From assembly GCF_988242995.1 (NCBI RefSeq), contig NZ_OZ547043.1: a stretch of DNA of 64,000 nt; one strand, 5' to 3'. Positions 49,517 through 58,845 of the stretch are shown here, piece by piece (positions within the stretch are counted from its first letter, which is position 1; every line of letters begins with the position of its first letter). Position numbers and translations under genes: made by a program. Under the pieces are notes generated by a model, which saw nothing but the letters and a program-made list of their open reading frames with translations, had not been told where the DNA came from and searched no databases.

Positions 49517-50551
49517 ATGAAAGATTATCTACAAACTGTGACGGGCCCCGTCGCCCGTGAAGATATGGGGCTAACACTTCCTCATGAACATCTGTTCAAC
49601 GATCTTTCCTCTGTTGTGGATGCTCCTTGCTATCCTTTTTCACAACGGCTTGTTGATAAAAAAGTCACGGCAGAAATCCAGTGGGCATTAAAACACGATC
49701 CTTATTGCTGCGCTGATAATATGGACCGCAAACCTATTGAAGATGTGATCTTCGAAATTAATAACTTTATCTCGCTCGGTGGTCGCACCATTGTTGATGC
49801 CACAGGGTCTGAGTCTATCGGACGAGATGCGCAGGCATTACGAGAAGTCGCATTAAAAACAGGTCTGAATATTGTTGCTTCCTCCGGTCCCTACCTGGAA
49901 AAATTTGAAAGCCAGAGAATTCATAAAACGGTTGATGAACTGGCGACAACGATCGATAAAGAATTGAATCAAGGGATTGGCGATACGGATATTCGTGCCG
50001 GAATGATCGGTGAAATAGGTGTTTCACCGACATTTACCGAAGCCGAGCATAACAGCTTGCGGGCTGCCTCGCTGGCACAGATTAACAATCCTCATGTGGC
50101 GATGAATATTCACATGCCGGGCTGGCTTCGTCGCGGTGATGAAGTACTCGACATTGTGTTAGGTGAAATGGGCGTCTCGCCAAATAAAGTCTCTCTCGCA
50201 CACTCGGATCCGTCAGGAAAAGACGTGGCGTATCAGCGGAAAATGCTTGATAAAGGTGTCTGGCTGGAATTCGACATGATTGGCCTAGACATTACCTTCC
50301 CGAAAGAGGGAATAGCGCCAGGGGTGCAGGAGACTGCCGATGCCGTCGCTCATCTCATTGAGTTGGGTTACGCCGATCAGCTTGTTCTCAGCCACGATGT
50401 CTTCCTTAAACAAATGTGGGCTAAAAATGGCGGTAATGGCTGGGGATTTGTTCCAGATGTTTTTCTGGCCTATCTGGCGGAGCGCGGCGTCGATAAAACG
50501 ATCCTCAAAAAACTCTGTATCGATAATCCCGGACGATTATTGACCGCATAA
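49517..50551 (+). CDS. Phosphotriesterase-family (PTE/Php-like) metal-dependent hydrolase
   Basis: 344-aa ORF with GLTLPHEHLF (HxH), IGEIG and SHD motifs of the PTE TIM-barrel amidohydrolases. Confidence 0.8.
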   Translation: MKDYLQTVTGPVAREDMGLTLPHEHLFNDLSSVVDAPCYPFSQRLVDKKVTAEIQWALKHDPYCCADNMDRKPIEDVIFEINNFISLGGRTIVDATGSESIGRDAQALREVALKTGLNIVASSGPYLEKFESQRIHKTVDELATTIDKELNQGIGDTDIRAGMIGEIGVSPTFTEAEHNSLRAASLAQINNPHVAMNIHMPGWLRRGDEVLDIVLGEMGVSPNKVSLAHSDPSGKDVAYQRKMLDKGVWLEFDMIGLDITFPKEGIAPGVQETADAVAHLIELGYADQLVLSHDVFLKQMWAKNGGNGWGFVPDVFLAYLAERGVDKTILKKLCIDNPGRLLTA

Positions 50552-50560
50552 AACCATTAT

Positions 50561-50928
50561 CCCCCGGCACATTGCGCCGGGGGATGTCAATTAATACCCC
50601 GCCGTTAAATCATCCACCAAGCGCGAGTCGGATGCGCCGTACAACTCACCATCCGACCCAACCATAATGCTTTGCGTGCTGCCCATCGCCTCATTCAGCG
50701 CCACTTTCTGACCTTTTGCATCCAGCAGCTTGAGCGTATCCGGACTAAACCCTTTTCAACACGCAGCTCGTCCGGCAACCACTGATAGTGGAAACGAGGC
50801 GCATTGGTCGCTTCGGCAACATTCATTCCACAATTGATGCTGTTCACCACCATTTGCAGCACGGTAGTGATGATCCAGCTACCGGTAACAAAGTGAGTAC
50901 ATAAAGGCCATACTGTCACGAACAGTGC
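50561..50928 (-). pseudogene. ggt: 3' fragment of gamma-glutamyltranspeptidase (ggt), frameshifted and 5'-truncated
   Basis: Minus-strand translation ...IITTVLQMVVNSINCGMNVAEATNAPRFHYQWLPDELRVEKG and ...YGASDSRLVDDLTAGY* in two frames matches the Ggt C-terminus; ends at the ISL3 inverted repeat. Confidence 0.8.
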
Positions 50929-52663
50929 AAAAGTGGCTCTTCCGCAACCTGGGTGAAGATTTTCATGCCAGTGGACTCATTACCCTCCGCCTAAGTAGTT
51001 CAAGTCCGGCTCGACCATACATCTGGCGTATCAGCACCTTCAGGCGATTTACATGACCTTCGACAACACCAGTACTCCAGCGACTGCTGATTGCCTCACA
51101 TATAGCCGCAGCATCAGCTTCCATCCCCGCAGCTACGCACCGAAGTTCTGCTGAGCCGCTTTCGTGGACCCGAGTGAACCAGCTGCTTAGCTGTGATTTA
51201 TTTTAGGTTTTCAGAATACGGTAGAACTCGAGTACCAGTTGCTGCGCTATTTTCAACTCCGGTTCTTTTTCACACATCAGACTAATAAATCGGAAAGCAT
51301 AATTTTCTTCACCCCTGATTATTCTCCAGGGCATCAACCAGCGGCTTACCCGGGACACTGAAGGAAGTCTTGCGGCAGTAGTAACCGGTGGGATCCAGCC
51401 TTTACGCCATTTGGCAACAGCATCCCTGACGATGGTTTCACTGCCTGTAACCCCCCTGGCCACCATTTCCCGCCATATCCGGCCGGAGTTATAATTACCA
51501 CATTCTCGTTGCTCTTTTAACCACTCCCTCCATGGGTCCAGAAGCCCTCGCTTTGGAGGCCTAGTTGACATTTCAGGGAATGTTCCTGAACCCACCCAGC
51601 GACTGACTGTCACTCGCGACAGGCCTGTAATACGGGATATTTCCCTGAAACTACATCCCTTGTTATGCAGGGCCATAACCTCTGTCCAACGCTGATGCCG
51701 TTTTTTGCGGATGTGCTGTTTAAGGCGTTCCAGACGACGGAGCGATGCTACAGGCACAGATATTTCTGGCTCAGGTGATTTCTTCAGTGATAACTCTCTG
51801 ACAACAAGACGTATCAGAGGCATATGTCTGTACATCATTCGTTCAGGCTCATCACCAATATTTTTTAGCAGGTGCCATCGATCGGCCACCTGTCTGGCCT
51901 GAGGTGCACCTTCACGTGCTGCTGTCGCATAGACTCCACTGCGATCACGCGAGACAACCTGTATTTCCGGATATTTTCTGAACCAGGTCGCCAGCGTACG
52001 CTGATCACGGCCGGGAAGCAGGACGAGGGGACGGTGAGTATCAAGATTGACTATTAACATACCGCAGCAGTGGCCCCGATGCCACGCCCACTCATCAATA
52101 CCGACATGAGGCGCGCCTGACTGTTTCGTCTCCGGGGTATTGATAACCCTGCGAAGAAGAGTATCAGCACTGCAACGGAGACCCGCTGCCGTTGCAGCCC
52201 GTTTTCCAGCCTCACCTCCAGCTATTAATCCCAGTTGACGTTGTAAATTTTGTAACGCCTGTGAAGACTGCTGGTGTGAACCGGCGAAGGGAGCAAGCGA
52301 CTCGGCAAAAATTTTACGTGAACAAGCCGGGTTACGGCAGTACCAGTGGCGGACGGAAAATACAAGCCATAGCGTCTGCCCTGAGCAGGGTAGATGCTGT
52401 ATCCGGCGCCGACGACAACTATGAACAGAGTCGCTACGCTTAAAGCATTCAGGACATTGTGCTGTTTTGCGTTTTCCGTGGAGATGGAGGGTTATACCGT
52501 CAGAGCTAATAATTTGTCGACTGCATCGCCATCCGCAAGGTAACTGTAGAAGTGTCTTAAGAGAGTGCATTGCGTTGCCCATAACTTAAAACAGCTTAGA
52601 TCCTTGTTCGCCAGAAAGTTTCATCCATTTTCTTCCACCCAGGTTGCGGAAGAACCACTTTTC
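50929..52663 (-). mobile_element. ISL3-family insertion sequence (~1.7 kb) with imperfect 27-bp terminal inverted repeats and no target-site duplication
   Basis: Inverted repeats AAAAGTGG(C/T)TCTTCCGCAACCTGGGTG at 50929-50955 and 52637-52663; flanks differ. Confidence 0.7.
50964..52582 (-). pseudogene. ISL3-family transposase with an in-frame TAA
   Basis: zf-ISL3-like Cys pairs, DDE motifs (IDEWAWHRGH..., DRWHLLKN) and a C-terminal ...VEGHVNRLKVLIRQMYGRAGLELLRRRV in the same frame after a TAA stop near 51200. Confidence 0.75.
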
Positions 52664-52865
52664 ATCCGTCGTTGACAGATGTGAAGTATGCGGGAGAAAA
52701 AGTGAATATCTAACTGTAATAACTCAGACCGGTACGAGTACTCGGAACGTCTACAATCATTCAGGGCAAAGTGCTAAAATTTCTCTATCCCGGGATGCCC
52801 CTACCAACGCAGCACTCCCGGAGATATCATTACAGCTCTGCAACTGATTTCCGCGACTGAACCGC

Positions 52866-53276
52866 TCAGTTCCTATCCTTCCAGTTGCCTTCCTGCAGCC
52901 CCCCCTCCCTGCTGTATACCCCGGTACCACAACGCGGGCAGCACTTTTCTCCTTCATAATCTTCGTCACACATCACACAAAACCACTTTCTCACCTTCAC
53001 CGTATAATCCGGAACCGTCATACCCTGCAGATGCAAACGACGGGCCTCTTTCTCTGCCGGGTCAAGCCAGGTGCATCGCAGCAGGATTTTCTCAGCGACA
53101 GTCATCTGGTCATGTTCAAACCACGGTGGTTGTCCGTCATTGCCCCGCTGAAGTGTTAACGGGCATCCACAGGACACACAGCACAAAACGTCCTGGCGGT
53201 TGTGCTTCGCTGCTTCTTTCGCCGTAACAAAATGGCCTTTGCTGTCATTCGCCATATAACAGTTCAGAATTCGCAT
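52866..53276 (-). CDS. Hypothetical double zinc-ribbon protein (paralogue B)
   Basis: Start MRILNCYMAN... preceded by GGAGG; motifs CxxC...PWFEH...C and WxCxxCxxDYxGExxCxxCxTG; overlaps the end of paralogue A. Confidence 0.6.
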   Translation of the reverse strand: MRILNCYMANDSKGHFVTAKEAAKHNRQDVLCCVSCGCPLTLQRGNDGQPPWFEHDQMTVAEKILLRCTWLDPAEKEARRLHLQGMTVPDYTVKVRKWFCVMCDEDYEGEKCCPRCGTGVYSREGGLQEGNWKDRN

Positions 53277-53671
53277 ATTTCCTCCTGAGTTGTCCGGGGA
53301 ATACTGAATCCTCCGGTCTGGCAGTGTGTGCAGTACCGCTCCCCATAATAATCGTGGTGACATTGTCTGCAGTGCCAGCTGGCTTTACGCACCACGGGTA
53401 AGGCATCCGGTACGAATTGCTGCAGACGTTTAATCAACTGTATTTCTCTGCGCTCCGGCCTGACATAAGGGCACTGTTGACCGTGCTCTGTCAGCCTGTC
53501 GTCAGTGTGTTCAAACCAGGGAAGTTCAGTGTCGTATTGCGGATGGTATCTGAGTGCACTGCCACACAAGTGGCAGGTGTAGTTAGCATAAGGTGCGGCC
53601 TGTGCAGTACGGGCGCCCGTCAGACGTCCGTTGCCATCAAGAGCGATAAAGGATTTTGCGTACATAGTCAT
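53264..53671 (-). CDS. Hypothetical double zinc-ribbon protein (paralogue A)
   Basis: 135-aa ORF with YTCHLCG...PWFEH...C and WHCRQCHHDYYGERYCTHCQTG; same motif layout as paralogue B. Confidence 0.6.
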   Translation of the reverse strand: MTMYAKSFIALDGNGRLTGARTAQAAPYANYTCHLCGSALRYHPQYDTELPWFEHTDDRLTEHGQQCPYVRPERREIQLIKRLQQFVPDALPVVRKASWHCRQCHHDYYGERYCTHCQTGGFSIPRTTQEEICEF

Positions 53672-53924
53672 ATTCCTCAGCCGCCAGACGACACGCAGGC
53701 AACAGCCGTCCCGGTACGGGCAGCGTGGTCAGGGTGTGAATGGCGGTTCAGTTAAAATCTGGACTGGAGTTTGGGTAAAGCAGGCTGGTTGCTGTTACAG
53801 CACTGTGGTTGTCACACAATGGAACACTGACGTAAAAAACAGTCAGTGGGCGAGTGGATACATCGTTGCCGCCAGACAACAACCCATACTTTTGGTTTGC
53901 CGGATATTGGCGCGCCAGTCGTGC

Positions 53925-54530
53925 TCAACTCCGGCTACAGCCAAAATTGCGCTCACCGGTGCAGTGAGCTTTGGTATGTTCCTTCGCCAGATAGTCAGCA
54001 CGTTCCAGCACCTGCTGAAAGCCAGTGTCATCATCGCGTTCCAGCCACACCGCCGGCCAGGCCGGAAAATGCACCAGCGTGGCATGGCACCCGACATCCA
54101 CTCCCAGGGCACTGCACCACGCCTGTTTAATCATCCCGGCCAGTGATCCCGGAGCACGGTAATCACCGGCACGACACCAGGTATCCCGGTTAACCAGCAG
54201 CATCAGGTGATAGTGTTTTTTACCTTTGCACTCCCCAAACTCCCGGGCCCAGACGTAATGCAGGGTGGTGGGATGCACGCGTTTACCTTCCCGATGCTTA
54301 CGTTTCTGGTAAGCGTCGATTCGGGCTTTCAGGGCATTGATGAAGCGGGATATCACAGCTGCGTCCGTTGCTGCCGGTACATCCGGGAAACGCAGGTCAA
54401 CCCGCAATGCCGTCAGGCGGGGATGAACATTCAGTGCGTGCCGCACCGTCTCACGAATACGTTGCTGCCAGAAGGGGTTGTATTTGTAGGTCATGGTTAA
54501 ATCTCCGTATGGTTCATACGGAATAGCCAC
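53925..54530 (-). CDS. YagK/YfjJ-family (inovirus Gp2-like) prophage-island protein
   Basis: 201-aa ORF MTYKYNPFWQQRIRETVRHALNVHPRLTALRVDLRFPD... recognised as the YagK/YfjJ family found in CP4-type cryptic prophages. Confidence 0.75.
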   Translation of the reverse strand: MAIPYEPYGDLTMTYKYNPFWQQRIRETVRHALNVHPRLTALRVDLRFPDVPAATDAAVISRFINALKARIDAYQKRKHREGKRVHPTTLHYVWAREFGECKGKKHYHLMLLVNRDTWCRAGDYRAPGSLAGMIKQAWCSALGVDVGCHATLVHFPAWPAVWLERDDDTGFQQVLERADYLAKEHTKAHCTGERNFGCSRS

Positions 54531-54693
54531 GTCGTAAAAAATGCGCAGAGTCCCTGAAGTGACCTCCGGCAGGACACTGTCTCAGGCACTCTGTGATAAC
54601 CCGAACGGTCGTCTCCGGACTGACGGTTGAATTTTCAGCGTTGTTTTTTTAATGTAAAAAACCGGTTACGGGTAAGGCTGTGAGGAGGGAGTG

Positions 54694-54894
54694 ATGGTGA
54701 TACGCAAAAAGAAGTGCAGGGACTGTGGAAACGCGATTACTCATAATACAGTGTGTTGCCCGTATTGTGGTTCTGTCGACCCCTTCGGCTATTACCGGAA
54801 TACAGACCGTATCGTTACCATACTGCTGGCACTGATTATTGTGGTCCTGCTGACTACTGTCAGCGTCAGTGTGTATATACTGTGTAGCTGGTGA
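54694..54894 (+). CDS. Small zinc-ribbon protein with C-terminal transmembrane helix
   Basis: CRDCGNAITHNTVCCPYCG followed by hydrophobic helix IVTILLALIIVVLLTTVSVSVYIL; divergent from the YagK-like gene. Confidence 0.5.
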   Translation: MVIRKKKCRDCGNAITHNTVCCPYCGSVDPFGYYRNTDRIVTILLALIIVVLLTTVSVSVYILCSW

Positions 54895-55288
54895 GATAAC
54901 GGTTCATGTATCCCCTGAGCTGACAGTGTACCGGGTATATTAAGCGTAACCGACAGGTTCTCCTTCATACCATATTAAATTTTTCCAGGTATTGCCGCTG
55001 CCTTATTTCGTCCCATACAGGAAAACTCGTCTGGGTTTCTGACAAATACGCGAAACTCACAGCCCCTCAATATCAACCACACGCTGTAAGCCGGTAATAC
55101 CTGAAAATCAGCCTATTACCGCCCGCGCCTCCGTTACCGAACGCTCAGGTGACCAGACTGAAGCCCAGCACGCACTCGTAAAATTTGCGGTCAGTTCCGT
55201 CAGTCAGTGGGCAACCGCAGAGTTACGGGCTTCCAGGTCCACAGGAGTGAGTCTATAAGTAAGCGTCAACGGAGCACCGTATTGACGC

Positions 55289-56902
55289 TTATTTATTGGT
55301 GAGTACTACGTTCCATGGCAGGAGTTCGCCAACTCGGTTGGAAGGCCATTCCGGCAGTACGCTCAGAATATGGCGCAGATACGCTTCCGGATCGATACCG
55401 TTCAGACGGCAGGTGCCGATCAGCCCGTACAGCAGTGCACCACGCTCGCCGCCGTGATCGCTACCGAAGAACACGTAATTTTTCTTTCCGAGACAGACTG
55501 CACGAAGCGCTCTTTCCGCTGTGTTATTGTCCGCCTCCGCCAGACCGTCATCACAGAAGTTGCACAACGCAACCCAGTGCTTCCTGATATACCGGAACGC
55601 ATCTCTCAGACGGCATTTTTTCGATAACGTGTGTTCTTTCTCCTGCATCAGCTTATACAGGGAAGTCAGTAGCGGTTTACTCTGCATTTGCCTGACCGCC
55701 AGGCGTTCAGACACCGGCAACCCGCGTATTTCGTGCTCAATGGCGTACAGTTCACCGATTAGTTTCAGTGCTTCTTCCGCCGTCGCGCTTTTGGTACTGA
55801 TATATACATCGTGGATTTTGCGCCGTGCATGAGCCCAGCATCCTGCTTCCGTCAACGCGCCGCCTTCACGTTCGGCACTGAACAGCCGATCGTAACCTGC
55901 GAACGCATCTGCCTGCAGGATACCCCGGAAGGGACGAAGGTGTTGCTCCGGATGTTTACCCTGATGGTCCGGTGAGTAGGCGAACCAGACCGCCGGAGGT
56001 TCTGGCGAACCGGCATTTCGGTCATCCCGGACATACGTCCAGATATATCCTGTTTTCGCCTTCTTCCTGCCCGGTGCCAGTACTTTTACTGGTGTGTCAT
56101 CAGTGTGAACCTTGCGGGTGTTCATCACATAACTGTACAGGGCATCATTCAGCGGAGTCATTAACTGGCAGCACGCATCAACCCAGTTGGAGAGTAAGGC
56201 ACGGCTCAGTTCGACACCCTGGCGGGCAAAGATTTCACTCTGACGATACAGTGGCAGATGTTCGCAGTATTTTCCCGTTAACACGCGGGCAAGTAACTCC
56301 GGGCCCGCGATACCACGCTCTATCGGACGGGATGGTGCCGGTGCTTCAACGATGCAGTCACATTTTGTACAGGCTTTTTTTACCCGTTCTGTGCGGATCA
56401 CTTTCAGGGCGCTGCTCACCAGTTCCAGTTGTTCTGCACTGACTTCCCCCAGATAATCCAGCTCACCGCCACACTCCGGGCAACAGCTTTCTTCAGGCTC
56501 CAGGCGGTTTATTTCGCGGGGCAGAAGCTCCGGTAACGGACGACGATGGCGTGACTGTCGCAACTGGCGGGGAACCTGCGGGTCATCCTCTCGCCCACTG
56601 TAACGATCGCTGTCCTGTTCGCGTTGCTTCAGCAGGGCCTCAGCCTGTTCAACTTCACGACGCAGTTTTTCAGAACGGGTACCGAACAGCATCCGGCGCA
56701 GTTTTTCTATCTGAGCCCGCAGATGTTCTATTTCCCGTTCATCTTCTTCGATCTTTTCTTCGGCACGTGCCAGCACAGAACGCAGGAAGGCCTCCGTCTC
56801 TTCAACCAGACTCAGTTGTTGGTCTTTCTGACGGAGGGCTTCAGCCTGCTCAGAGAGCAACCTTTCCAGCTCTGCGATGCGAATGAGGTATTTCTGACTC
56901 AT
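55289..56902 (-). CDS. IS66-family transposase TnpC
   Basis: 537-aa ORF with leucine-zipper N-terminus, CPECGG zinc motif and DDE region. Confidence 0.92.
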   Translation of the reverse strand: MSQKYLIRIAELERLLSEQAEALRQKDQQLSLVEETEAFLRSVLARAEEKIEEDEREIEHLRAQIEKLRRMLFGTRSEKLRREVEQAEALLKQREQDSDRYSGREDDPQVPRQLRQSRHRRPLPELLPREINRLEPEESCCPECGGELDYLGEVSAEQLELVSSALKVIRTERVKKACTKCDCIVEAPAPSRPIERGIAGPELLARVLTGKYCEHLPLYRQSEIFARQGVELSRALLSNWVDACCQLMTPLNDALYSYVMNTRKVHTDDTPVKVLAPGRKKAKTGYIWTYVRDDRNAGSPEPPAVWFAYSPDHQGKHPEQHLRPFRGILQADAFAGYDRLFSAEREGGALTEAGCWAHARRKIHDVYISTKSATAEEALKLIGELYAIEHEIRGLPVSERLAVRQMQSKPLLTSLYKLMQEKEHTLSKKCRLRDAFRYIRKHWVALCNFCDDGLAEADNNTAERALRAVCLGKKNYVFFGSDHGGERGALLYGLIGTCRLNGIDPEAYLRHILSVLPEWPSNRVGELLPWNVVLTNK

Positions 56903-56932
56903 GACCGTTTTTATAATGCGGTCAGGAGTTTT

Positions 56933-57283
56933 TTACAACATTGTCAGTGAGTTAAGGCGGGATGTTTTTGGCTGACGCCAGTCCAGCTTATCGAGGAGCA
57001 TTACCAGTTGCGAACGGGTAATGGATACCTTGCCGTCACGTACCGCAGGCCAGATAAACTGGCCTTCCTCCAGGCGTTTGGTGAACAGGCACAGACCATC
57101 AGCATCAGCCCAAAGAATTTTAACGGTGTCACCCCGTCGGCCACGGAAGATAAACAGGTGGCCGGAGAAGGGATTATCATTCAGCACATGTTGTACCTGT
57201 TCTCCCAGTCCGTTGAAGGATTTACGCATATCGGTAACGCCGGCAACGAGCCAGATACGGGTACCTGATGGGAGTGAAATCAT
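56933..57283 (-). CDS. IS66-family TnpB (Orf2)
   Basis: 116-aa ORF MISLPSGTRIWLVAGVTDMRKSFNGL... Confidence 0.9.
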   Translation of the reverse strand: MISLPSGTRIWLVAGVTDMRKSFNGLGEQVQHVLNDNPFSGHLFIFRGRRGDTVKILWADADGLCLFTKRLEEGQFIWPAVRDGKVSITRSQLVMLLDKLDWRQPKTSRLNSLTML

Positions 57284-57705
57284 CTTCCCCTCCCGCTCAG
57301 TTCGCGGATCAACACCGTGAGCAGCTCTGGCGATGGATTTTCCAGCGTCATGTTACCGTGACGGAACTCCACCTTGCAGGAACTGGCACTGACTCTGGTC
57401 TGAGTGGAAGTGGATAAAGACGGCGCAATGGCCGCCACAGGTTTTTTCTGCTCATCCGGCGTTATTTCTACAGGTAATAATTCAACGCCAGTGTCAGAAG
57501 AGGTCGTTACCGGAAGACGCCGCGAAACACGCCCTTCGTTCTGCCAGAGCCTGAGCCATTTGAAAATAACATTATCATTGACGCCATTTTCACGTGCAAT
57601 CTGTGCAACACAAGCTCCAGGTTGTGATGCCAGTTCCACCATACGAAGTTTGAATTCATTCGAATAGTTTTTACGAGGTTCTTTTCGCCAGTCCTGTAAT
57701 TCCAT
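57280..57705 (-). CDS. IS66-family TnpA (Orf1, HTH)
   Basis: 141-aa ORF overlapping the tnpB start. Confidence 0.88.
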   Translation of the reverse strand: MELQDWRKEPRKNYSNEFKLRMVELASQPGACVAQIARENGVNDNVIFKWLRLWQNEGRVSRRLPVTTSSDTGVELLPVEITPDEQKKPVAAIAPSLSTSTQTRVSASSCKVEFRHGNMTLENPSPELLTVLIRELSGRGR

Positions 57706-58560
57706 ACTTAGATGTCCGTCTATATCAGATGGGCGTCTAAGTTACCAATTTTCGTCTGATGGCTACATACGGCGGTCAGTTTACGCTTACGTCTATAACG
57801 CGTGTGGGAAATCATTTTTTCTGGCGTTGACAGAACGCCTTACGGGCTGCTACTTACCCGGTGTCCCGCAATACAGCCTTAGTGTTCCGTTATCGGGGAT
57901 CCGGACGCACCGCAACAACCGGGGAAGTATTTCTGGTTAGAGCTGTGTCAAGAGGGATTTCTCAGCCCCTCACTCACCGGCTCAGTCTCAGGGCAGAAGC
58001 ATTAATACACTCAGTTCATGTCTTATACAGGAATGGGCATAGGGGGAGCTGGCGTGTCACTGCTGATTTTACGCATCAGCGTTCATGTATCTGCACTCTG
58101 ATACAGAATGCTTCACAGCGCTCTGTTACCGGAGAGATTTACTCTCTTAGGTTATTCTGGCAAATCCTTTACGTTACTCTCTGATGACTTCTTATATTTA
58201 TAATACCAATCAGACAACCTTATCCCATCGGTGATATCAGTCTCCTGCTCGCCAGGAACGGGCTGACTCACTGTAACCACCTCCGAAAACAACTCTGCAA
58301 TTATCAGAACGCCTGCTTCTCTCCCTGTCCTCACGAAAACTATCCCCTCTTTATCGCGCGTGCGTGCGGAAGCATCTTTTCGCAACACCCCCCTCCGGGA
58401 TTCCGCTACGGCTCTGCCATCGCAATCCCCCCGTTTATCTCCGGACAGCCACATTCCCGATTATTTTTTACGTTTCTCCCCGGTTGTTATGCCGGTGAAG
58501 GTGGCGCGCTGTTTTCATGACCACACCGGCTGGTTTAACAACATCCGGAGGAACATTCTC

Positions 58561-58767
58561 ATGGCTACCCCAGTTTCGCTGATGGATGACCAGATGGTCG
58601 ACATGGCGTTTATCACTCAACTGACCGGCCTAACCGATAAGTGGTTTGACAAACTCATCAAAGATGGGGGCTTTCCTGCGCCCATCAAAATGGGGCGCAG
58701 CTCCCGCTGGCTGAAAAGTGAAGTGGAAGCCTGGCTGCAGGCGCGTATTGCACAGTCCCGTCCGTAA
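58561..58767 (+). CDS. alpA: AlpA-family prophage transcriptional regulator (excisionase-like)
   Basis: MATPVSLMDDQMVDMAFITQLTGLTDKWFDKLIKDGGFPAPIKMGRSSRWLKSEVEAWLQARIAQSRP; start trimmed from the longer ORF. Confidence 0.85.
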   Translation: MATPVSLMDDQMVDMAFITQLTGLTDKWFDKLIKDGGFPAPIKMGRSSRWLKSEVEAWLQARIAQSRP

Positions 58768-58845
58768 TTTTTAACCACTAACCCTTCGCCCACAGCAGAC
58801 GCAATCTCCGGCCTGCCGGCGGCGCTCTGCTGCCTGTTATCCCCC

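Larger units (their letters stand above)
55259..57790 (-). mobile_element. IS66-family insertion sequence, copy 1 (2,532 bp), 8-bp target-site duplication GTCTATAA
   Basis: Termini GTAAGCGTCAACGG... (55259) and ...CGGTCAGTTTACGCTTAC (57790); identical GTCTATAA at 55251-55258 and 57791-57798. Confidence 0.92.

Noticed and set aside
51203-52582. 459-aa ORF taken as the complete ISL3 transposase
   Set aside because: The same frame continues after a TAA into a further 76 codons carrying the conserved C-terminal catalytic region, so the 459-aa ORF is a truncated reading of a longer inactivated gene.
55972-56442. 156-aa plus-strand ORF inside IS66 copy 1 (also 61636-61959 inside copy 2)
   Set aside because: Antisense to tnpC in GC-rich DNA; not part of the IS66 gene set.
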